Below are positions 1 through 4,705 of a stretch of DNA of 4,705 nt, piece after piece (within the stretch, counting starts at the first letter, position 1; each line of letters opens with the position of its first letter). Both the position numbers and the translations under genes were made by a program. The stretch lies in the IMG/VR virus record IMGVR_UViG_2529292834_000011. One strand, written 5' to 3'. The notes under the pieces are model-generated. The model saw only the letters and a program-made list of their open reading frames with translations. It ran no database searches and was not told the DNA's origin. Source of the stretch: a virus. Its lineage: Duplodnaviria > Heunggongvirae > Uroviricota > Caudoviricetes.

Positions 1-1
1 T

Positions 2-349
2 GGAATAACCCAGGCTTATTTTGAGTTGGGTATGACGTTCCCAGAACTGTATGACGACAGCCATCCGGAAGCCCTGGCTCGCAATACCCAGAAAATTTTC
101 CGCTGGATAGAGAAAGACACCCCTGATGCAGTTGAAAAAATTCAGGCGTTGTTACCAGCGATCGAAAAGGCAATGCCACCTTTGCTGGTGGCCAGAATGC
201 GCAGCCACAGTTCAGCTTATTTTCGGGAGCTGGTGGAGACGCGGGAGCGACTGGTGAGAGACGCTGATGATTTTGTCGCAGTGGCAATCGCCGGTTTCAA
301 TCAGATGAACCGTGGTGGCCCGGCAGGAAATGCTGTGGCAGTGCATTGA
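2..349 (+). CDS. 3' portion of a prophage early-region protein; N-terminus lies upstream of the window (cII-position gene, possibly YdaT-like)
   Basis: The reading frame is open from position 2 with no stop until TGA at 347-349, so the ATG at 26 is probably internal. It lies directly upstream of the replication-initiator gene, the position cII occupies in lambdoid phages. The family name is recalled, not verified. Confidence 0.6.
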   Translation, partial: GITQAYFELGMTFPELYDDSHPEALARNTQKIFRWIEKDTPDAVEKIQALLPAIEKAMPPLLVARMRSHSSAYFRELVETRERLVRDADDFVAVAIAGFNQMNRGGPAGNAVAVH

Positions 350-420
350 GTGATAATAGCCATATCGAATCACTTCCGGCAACTCGTGAGTAAAAAGATT
401 CGGTATCAGAAGAGGTGAGT

Positions 421-1491
421 ATGGCTAACGCCTGGCTCAGATTATGGCATGACATGCCAAATGACCCTAAGTGGCGAACAATTGCCAGGGTGTCAGGGCA
501 GTCAATTGCAACAGTGATGGCAGTGTATATCCACCTCCTGGTGAGCGCGTCACGAAATGTCACGCGAGGTCACATTGATGTCACGACAGAAGATTTGGCA
601 AGTGCGCTCGACGTGACAGAAGAGGTAATTGATTCAATTTTGCAGACGATGCAGGGGCGGGTACTTGATGGTGATTTAATCACTGGATGGGAAAAACGCC
701 AGGTGCTTAAAGAGGACAACGGCAATATTTCGCAAACCGCAAAATCTCCTGCAGAGCGCAAGAGGGCGCAGCGAGAGAGGGAAAGAAAGCGGGAACAAAA
801 TGGCGATTGTCACGGCGCGTCACGAAATGTCACGCACATGTCACGACGAGTCACGACAGATAAAGATACAGATAAAGATACAGATCAAGAAGATCAAAAC
901 ACTATGGTCCATGGCGTAAAAAACGCCACGAACCAGGCAGGGGATGTTCAGACCGTCAATCTTGGTCAGCCAGCAGGCACGACACCGGAAGCCGATTCAG
1001 CGTATGCGCTGAAAGCCGATTCGGGCGCTGTGCAGCAGGTGATGACCGCAAGGCCGGAGCAATCACACCAACTGCAGCAGCCTGAAGCCGATTCCGCCAT
1101 TCAGCGGGAAGCCGATCGGGTAGTCACGGAAAACACCGGGCAGCCTGTGAGACGAGTGGATTATCCGGATGTGTTCGAACAGGTCTGGCGGGAATACCCG
1201 TTGCGTGCTGGGGCAAACCCGAAGAAATCCGCTTTCAGTGCCTGGAAGGCCAGATTACGCGAGGGGGTGTCACCAGAGGCCATGCTGGATGGCGTGAGGC
1301 GTTACGCAAGATACCTTGCGGCTACCGGGAAAACGGGAACGGAATTTGTTCAGCGAGCGACGACGTTTTTTGGACCGGACCGGAATTTTGAAAACCCCTG
1401 GCTGCTCCCGGTAAGCGGCACGAACAACCAGCGTTGTGTGAATCATATTTCTGAACCGGATACCGAAATTCCACCGGGCTTCAGGGGGTAA
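421..1491 (+). CDS. phage replisome organizer / replication initiator (O-like), with embedded iterons
   Basis: ATG at 421 has a Shine-Dalgarno AAGAGGTG at 410-417 with a 5-nt spacer; the ORF track starts at GTG 415, which is too close to the SD. The N-terminus (ANAWLRLWHDMPNDPKWRTIA...) resembles the phage replisome-organizer N-terminal DNA-binding domain. A low-complexity acidic/polar linker (DKDTDKDTDQEDQ, Q/P/A-rich) is followed by a distinct C-terminal domain (FEQVWREYP...WKARL...YARYL...). Its own coding sequence contains iteron clusters, as in lambda O. Confidence 0.7.
   Translation: MANAWLRLWHDMPNDPKWRTIARVSGQSIATVMAVYIHLLVSASRNVTRGHIDVTTEDLASALDVTEEVIDSILQTMQGRVLDGDLITGWEKRQVLKEDNGNISQTAKSPAERKRAQRERERKREQNGDCHGASRNVTHMSRRVTTDKDTDKDTDQEDQNTMVHGVKNATNQAGDVQTVNLGQPAGTTPEADSAYALKADSGAVQQVMTARPEQSHQLQQPEADSAIQREADRVVTENTGQPVRRVDYPDVFEQVWREYPLRAGANPKKSAFSAWKARLREGVSPEAMLDGVRRYARYLAATGKTGTEFVQRATTFFGPDRNFENPWLLPVSGTNNQRCVNHISEPDTEIPPGFRG
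545..590. repeat. iteron cluster A: four GTCAC(G/A) hexamers at 10-11 bp phasing
   Basis: Hexamers at 549-554, 559-564, 569-574 (GTCACA) and 580-585. The 21-bp block 545-565 is identical to 815-835, and both clusters end in GTCACGACAGA. Confidence 0.65.
805..860. repeat. iteron cluster B: five GTCACG hexamers at 10-11 bp phasing
   Basis: Hexamers at 809-814, 819-824, 829-834, 840-845 and 850-855. Spacing matches one helical turn, and the cluster is followed immediately by an AT/purine-rich tract. Confidence 0.65.
857..900. repeat. AT-rich, purine-biased tract with 12-bp tandem repeat (CAGATAAAGATA x2 plus a degenerate third copy)
   Basis: Positions 857-868 and 869-880 are identical, followed by cagatcaagaagatcaaaac. 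It sits directly 3' of iteron cluster B and encodes the DKDTDKDTDQEDQ linker of the initiator. Confidence 0.6.
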
Positions 1492-1531
1492 GTGTTGATT
1501 TCTGGTCATGAGGTAATTTTCAGGAGGACTT

Positions 1532-1954
1532 GTGGCAAAAGTTTTTACACAAGAAGAGCGGGAAAAAATTAAAGGGCAGGTTGTTGAACTCGTACGCCAG
1601 AGTGGGCGCGAGACGTTACGACAACTGGAAACTAAAACTGGGGCAACAAGATATCTGATGAGCGTTCTGGCCAGAGAGCTGGTTGCCAGTGGCGATGTAT
1701 ACAACTCTGGTTACGGGTTATTCCCGTCTGAACAGGCGCGTAAGGACTGGCAAAATGCCCGTAAAAAGCTCTCAAGGGCAAAGCTGAAGAAACCATCTGC
1801 GGTTGATCCGGACCTTATCTGGTCATTACCTGACGGAGAAATACGTCGCTACGACAGGCGTCAGAACATAATCTGTCGCGAGTGCCGGAAGAGTGAGGTT
1901 ATGCAGCGAGTGCTGGCGTTTTATCAGGGTAATTTTCAGGAGGTGATGGCGTGA
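1532..1954 (+). CDS. hypothetical prophage protein, possible winged-helix DNA-binding fold
   Basis: GTG start at 1532 with SD CAGGAGGA at 1521-1528; 140 aa ending at TGA 1952-1954. No Walker A motif, so it is not a DnaC/P-type helicase loader despite occupying that position. Confidence 0.6.
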   Translation: MAKVFTQEEREKIKGQVVELVRQSGRETLRQLETKTGATRYLMSVLARELVASGDVYNSGYGLFPSEQARKDWQNARKKLSRAKLKKPSAVDPDLIWSLPDGEIRRYDRRQNIICRECRKSEVMQRVLAFYQGNFQEVMA

Positions 1955-2246
1955 GAGTGAGAGTCTATATCGCCGGTCCAATGACCGGGTATAAAAATTT
2001 CAACCGTGAGGCGTTTCACAATGCGGAAGAGGAACTGAAACGGGAAGGGCATACCGTTTTAAATCCGGCTGTGCTTCCGGATGGGCTGACACAGCCGCAC
2101 TACATGGATATTGCATGGCAATGATTCGTTGTGTGGATGCGATTTACATGCTGAAAGGCTGGCAGCGGTCAGCAGGTGCTAAGGCAGAACTGGCGCTGGC
2201 GGAGAAACTGGGGCATGCAGTTATTTTCCAGGAGGAGGTACAGTGA
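1951..2246 (+). pseudogene. DUF4406 / nucleoside 2-deoxyribosyltransferase-like gene, split by an apparent 1-nt frameshift
   Basis: The frame from GTG 1951 encodes MRVRVYIAGPMTGYKNF...HTVLNPAVLPDGL...YMDIAWQ and stops at TGA 2122-2124. A second frame (2115/2121 to TGA 2244-2246) encodes MAMIRCVDAIYMLKGWQRSAGAKAELALAEKLGHAVIF. Together they make one DUF4406-like domain (YIAGP...NP...CDAIYML.GW) if a single base is restored near 2113-2118. SD GGAGGTGA at 1940-1947. Confidence 0.5.
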
Positions 2247-2518
2247 ATATCGACGCAACAATGACGATTGGTACGGCCCTCAATACGGGGCTGGCGCTTC
2301 TTGGTTGGTGCTACATCATGTTCTGCTCATGGCGGTGGCTGTCACTGATGTTACTGAAAGAATGGAATAAACGCTGTAAACAGACGCAGCGGCAGAAGGC
2401 AATGAATGCGTTTTTTGAGACCTTCGATATTGACAGTATAGAACCAGGAGAGCCAGCTCGCGTGATTAGCAGAGGTGACGTTGTAATTCTTGTATACCGG
2501 AGTGAAGAGAAAGCATAA
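2243..2518 (+). CDS. small single-pass membrane protein, function unknown
   Basis: GTG at 2243 overlaps the preceding stop (GTGA), with SD GGAGGAGG at 2231-2238. It has an N-terminal hydrophobic helix (TIGTALNTGLALLGWCYIMFCSW) and a basic, charged C-terminus. Confidence 0.5.
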   Translation: MNIDATMTIGTALNTGLALLGWCYIMFCSWRWLSLMLLKEWNKRCKQTQRQKAMNAFFETFDIDSIEPGEPARVISRGDVVILVYRSEEKA

Positions 2519-2604
2519 TCCAAATCTGAATAATTAAATCCAGCACTGTAAATAAAATTTAATCCTTAACCGGAGGGATTTCTGCACCCTCAGAACATCA
2601 GGAG

Positions 2605-2622
2605 GCCGCCCGAAAGGGCGGT
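2605..2622. other. GC-rich hairpin (7-bp stem with GAAA tetraloop) at the left edge of the AT-rich island, immediately 5' of the next gene's RBS
   Basis: Positions 2605-2611 GCCGCCC pair with 2616-2622 GGGCGGT (one G-U pair), loop GAAA 2612-2615. No U-tract follows on either strand, so it is not a canonical intrinsic terminator. Confidence 0.35.
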
Positions 2623-2632
2623 GGAGATAATA

Positions 2633-2887
2633 ATGGAAATAACTAAAGAACGATTATTGGAAATAGCAAATCTTAGTGAAAGGGCATTAAGTGATGGGAG
2701 GATTATTTCTCCTGATGCTTATGAATCAGTTACAAGTATAGAAATAATAACGATGGCCAGGATGCTTCTTGGTTGCCTCAAAAAAGAATATAAAAAAAAG
2801 GTGGATAGCAATGCTAATATATATGATATTTTGGACAGTTGGGGGGCTTGGGCTGCAGCTGGAAATAGTTCTATCAACTGGCAGTAA
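2633..2887 (+). CDS. hypothetical protein; possibly the N-terminal part of a gene interrupted by an in-frame TAA
   Basis: ATG at 2633 with SD GGAG at 2623-2626 and a 6-nt spacer. AT-rich codon usage. The frame ends at TAA 2885-2887 and continues in the same frame into the next ORF. Confidence 0.45.
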   Translation: MEITKERLLEIANLSERALSDGRIISPDAYESVTSIEIITMARMLLGCLKKEYKKKVDSNANIYDILDSWGAWAAAGNSSINWQ

Positions 2888-3157
2888 GTGGCTGATAAAT
2901 ATAAAGATGTAGTACCTCATGGTAAGAAATTACGCCGTCAGTGTGGCAACGATGAAGGTCGTATGATTGATACCTGCATGTTGAAGCTTAAACAATATAG
3001 AATAGATGACTATGAGTTAATTATCGCTCATTTTGTTATAGGTATATCTTTGCGTACAATAGCACGAAGGTACAAATGTTCAGATGGAACAATAAGAAAG
3101 AATATACAACTTACAATGGGAGTATTGTTAGGATTGTCTTTTTATGTGCAATTATAG
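2888..3157 (+). CDS. helix-turn-helix protein with a sigma-70 region-4-like motif; may be the C-terminal part of the preceding ORF
   Basis: GTG at 2888 immediately follows TAA in the same frame, with no convincing SD. The motif YELIIAHFVIGISLRTIARRYKCSDGTIRKNI matches the sigma-70 region-4 / LuxR-type HTH pattern, followed by a hydrophobic tail. Confidence 0.45.
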   Translation: MADKYKDVVPHGKKLRRQCGNDEGRMIDTCMLKLKQYRIDDYELIIAHFVIGISLRTIARRYKCSDGTIRKNIQLTMGVLLGLSFYVQL

Positions 3158-3162
3158 ATATA

Positions 3163-3642
3163 TCACATGAGCCTTGTTATGTCCTTTAGACGCGACCAGG
3201 TAGTATAAAATTTTTTAAATGTAATAAGCAGGAAAAAAATTCCCACTTGGAGTAATAGTTGGGCATATGTGTGCTCGTCGGCATCTTTTACTAGTGGGAA
3301 TTTAAACTTTAGTGTATCAGGGAAAAATAATAAAATGATAAAAATAATACAAACTGATAGTAACCATCCCATAGTGGAGTGCATTTCTTCGGTCAGTTTT
3401 TTCAAATAACCAGTTTTTCCTATATTTCTAATTAGCGTATTATCTCTAGCTGAAGCAATCAAGGTAAGCGAACCTAAAACAAAGCCAAATAATATCCCAG
3501 AAAATGTAGAAACGGCCGAAGCGATTGGCTGAATTTGTGCAAAATTTAGCTTTGCAGAAAGAGGCCATGCGATGATACAAAAAACAACAGAGGCTAAATT
3601 ATAACCATAACTGTACAAAGTTATCAATTTCCCCTTTTTCAT
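3163..3642 (-). CDS. small integral membrane protein with four predicted transmembrane helices; candidate effector of a two-gene module
   Basis: ATG (revcomp of 3640-3642) is preceded by SD GGAG (3653-3650) with a 7-nt spacer, 15 nt after the upstream gene's TAA. Four hydrophobic segments of about 17-25 aa (approx. residues 16-30, 39-63, 90-107, 126-142). Confidence 0.6.
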   Translation of the reverse strand: MKKGKLITLYSYGYNLASVVFCIIAWPLSAKLNFAQIQPIASAVSTFSGILFGFVLGSLTLIASARDNTLIRNIGKTGYLKKLTEEMHSTMGWLLSVCIIFIILLFFPDTLKFKFPLVKDADEHTYAQLLLQVGIFFLLITFKKFYTTWSRLKDITRLM

Positions 3643-3657
3643 ACCATCGCTCCAAAA

Positions 3658-4407
3658 TTAATCAACTCTTTGATTGGCTACTCCAAAGTATGCCTTCAAT
3701 TCATCATCTTTACTATCTTTTGCAAGAGTTAAGGCGCTCCAAATGCTGCCAACTAATGGATACCTACCTCCAAGTTCAACATCTGTGTAGTAGACTAATT
3801 TGTCTGCTACAAGATCGATAGGATGCTGTACACCGGTCTCAATGTCTTGGGTTTCTAGTTTAAGTTTTTCAACCTCAAAAGTCTCTAGTGTTTCTTTAAA
3901 GGCTCTTTTTAGTTGAGAACCTAGATAGCGAGATTCAGGATCTTCAGAACGACTATCCCCACGTAATGTAAGATTTACTTTGGCAGAATTAGTACCATTT
4001 AGAGTGGCTATCAATGCATTGTTGAAGTTATGTTCAACATCCTCATATAGTTGCACATTCTTTGGCCGAGCGATACCGATTTCTAGAGTTTTGATTCGAA
4101 CTTCATTACGCATCAACCACTTTAAACTACTGGTCTGAATGATGGGATTAACAGTTGTATTTTGTGAACTGTTGGAAAGATATTTACTTAATAACACCCA
4201 GCCATAACAGAGTCTGTTTCGTTGAATTATTAAAACTGAGTCTTGGGTATAAAAATGAAAATAAGCTTTTTCTAATAAGTTTTCATTGATTTCAAGTTTA
4301 ATTTCTCTTTCTTCACCTCCGGCTACAGCAACATGAGGGAGATTATTGGTTCTGTGTTTTCCTATAACTCCCCTGAAACCATAGTCGGTTCTTTCCATGA
4401 AGCGCAT
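3658..4407 (-). CDS. soluble protein of unrecognised family, upstream gene of the two-gene module; 5' end probably truncated or displaced by IS1
   Basis: The open frame runs from the IS1 junction to TAA (revcomp of 3658-3660). The first native ATG (4407-4405) has no usable SD (AGGAAA is 15 nt away), and the frame stays open upstream into the IS1 end. The TTG start at 4446 on the ORF track is IS1-derived. No catalytic motif recognised. Confidence 0.5.
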   Translation of the reverse strand: MRFMERTDYGFRGVIGKHRTNNLPHVAVAGGEEREIKLEINENLLEKAYFHFYTQDSVLIIQRNRLCYGWVLLSKYLSNSSQNTTVNPIIQTSSLKWLMRNEVRIKTLEIGIARPKNVQLYEDVEHNFNNALIATLNGTNSAKVNLTLRGDSRSEDPESRYLGSQLKRAFKETLETFEVEKLKLETQDIETGVQHPIDLVADKLVYYTDVELGGRYPLVGSIWSALTLAKDSKDDELKAYFGVANQRVD

Positions 4408-4432
4408 TTCAACTAGTTTATTTCCTATTTTA

Positions 4433-4455
4433 GGTGATGCTGCCAACTTACTGAT
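4433..4455 (+). repeat. IS1 left terminal inverted repeat (IRL)
   Basis: GGTGATGCTGCCAACTTACTGAT, the characteristic 23-bp IS1 terminal repeat. Confidence 0.9.
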
Positions 4456-4487
4456 TTAGTGTATGATGGTGTTTTTGAGGTGCTCCA

Positions 4488-4705
4488 GTGGCTTCTGTTT
4501 CTATCAGCTGTCCCTCCTGTTCAGCTACTGACGGGGTGGTGCGTAACGGCAAAAGCACTGCCGGACATCAGCGCTATCTCTGCTCTCACTGCCGTAAAAC
4601 ATGGCAACTGCAGTTCACTTACACCGCTTCTCAACCCGGTACGCACCAGAAAATCATTGATATGGCCATGAATGGCGTTGGATGCCGGGCAACTGCCCGC
4701 ATTAT
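4488..4705 (+). CDS. insA: IS1 InsA transposition regulator, 5' partial
   Basis: GTG at 4488 begins (M)[71 protein letters not shown], the InsA zinc-finger N-terminus. The frame runs off the window. The ORF-track entry 4459..4671 is a different, spurious frame. Confidence 0.9.
   Translation, partial: MASVSISCPSCSATDGVVRNGKSTAGHQRYLCSHCRKTWQLQFTYTASQPGTHQKIIDMAMNGVGCRATARI

Larger units (their letters stand above)
545..900. promoter_or_regulatory. candidate phage origin of replication (iterons plus AT-rich unwinding element) embedded in the initiator gene
   Basis: Nine phased hexamer repeats in two clusters plus an adjacent AT-rich tandem repeat, all inside the initiator coding sequence. This mirrors the ori-lambda-in-O arrangement. 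Confidence 0.55.
4433..4705 (+). mobile_element. IS1 insertion sequence, left end and 5' part; continues past the window edge
   Basis: From 4433 the sequence matches the canonical IS1 left end (GGTGATGCTGCCAACTTACTGATTTAGTGTATGATGGTG...) and the insA coding sequence, with minor variant positions. Confidence 0.95.

Noticed and set aside
26-349. ATG at 26 as the true start of the first gene
   Set aside because: The frame is open back to position 2 with no upstream stop or SD in the window, so the gene most likely begins upstream of the window.
526-535. DnaA-box-like sequence (TATATCCACC) just upstream of iteron cluster A
   Set aside because: It matches only about 7 of 9 positions of the TTATCCACA consensus as a single copy, consistent with chance.
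297-563. Antisense ORF of 88 aa (-) overlapping the end of gene 1 and the start of the initiator gene
   Set aside because: It lies wholly within or across better-supported + strand genes, has no SD and no recognisable features; probably a chance open frame.
570-761. Antisense ORF of 63 aa (-) inside the initiator gene
   Set aside because: It is embedded opposite a strongly supported coding region and iteron cluster; no independent support.
857-900. Possible CRISPR-like or tandem-repeat array
   Set aside because: Only two and a half copies of a 12-bp unit with no spacers, lying inside a coding region; better explained as the AT-rich element of the origin.
1270-1704. Antisense ORF of 144 aa (-) spanning the initiator 3' end and the next gene's start
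   Set aside because: Its product is arginine/serine-rich and low-complexity, typical of the reverse frame of a GC-rich gene, and it overlaps two supported + strand genes.
2176-2370. ORF of 64 aa (+), Arg/Trp-rich
   Set aside because: It is an alternative frame across the DUF4406 3' half and the small membrane gene; its composition looks like out-of-frame translation.
2311-2523. Antisense ORF of 70 aa (-)
   Set aside because: It overlaps the better-supported + strand membrane-protein gene and has no start context.
2605-2622. Hairpin considered as an intrinsic terminator of the replication-block operon
   Set aside because: No U-rich tract follows the stem on either strand, so it is kept only as an unclassified structure.
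2726-2920. Antisense ORF of 64 aa (-) in the AT-rich island
   Set aside because: It lies opposite the + strand ORFs, which have a good SD and start; open frames arise easily by chance in AT-rich sequence, though a small antisense peptide cannot be excluded.
4459-4671. ORF-track ORF of 70 aa (+) inside IS1
   Set aside because: It is in a different frame from the genuine insA reading frame (GTG 4488 onward), which matches the known InsA sequence. This is a spurious overlapping frame.

Overview
The window reads as a slice of a lambdoid-type prophage in an enterobacterial genome, carrying an AT-rich cargo island that ends at an IS1 copy. Positions 1-2518 (about 50-55% GC by eye) hold a + strand early/replication block. 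It comprises the 3' end of an early-region gene, a replisome-organizer (O-like) gene with an embedded iteron array and AT-rich tract (candidate origin), a 140-aa protein, a frameshifted DUF4406-like gene and a small membrane protein. Positions 2519-4432 are sharply AT-rich (about 30% GC by eye). They contain two + strand ORFs in the same frame separated by a single TAA, the second with a sigma-70 region-4-like helix-turn-helix. Converging on these is a - strand two-gene operon: a soluble protein of unrecognised family followed by a 159-aa four-helix membrane protein. I consider this pair the best candidate for an undescribed abortive-infection or defence module. An IS1 left end sits at 4433 and appears to have removed the native 5' end or promoter of the soluble gene, so the module may be inactive in this genome. 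All family assignments are from reading the translations, with no database search run.
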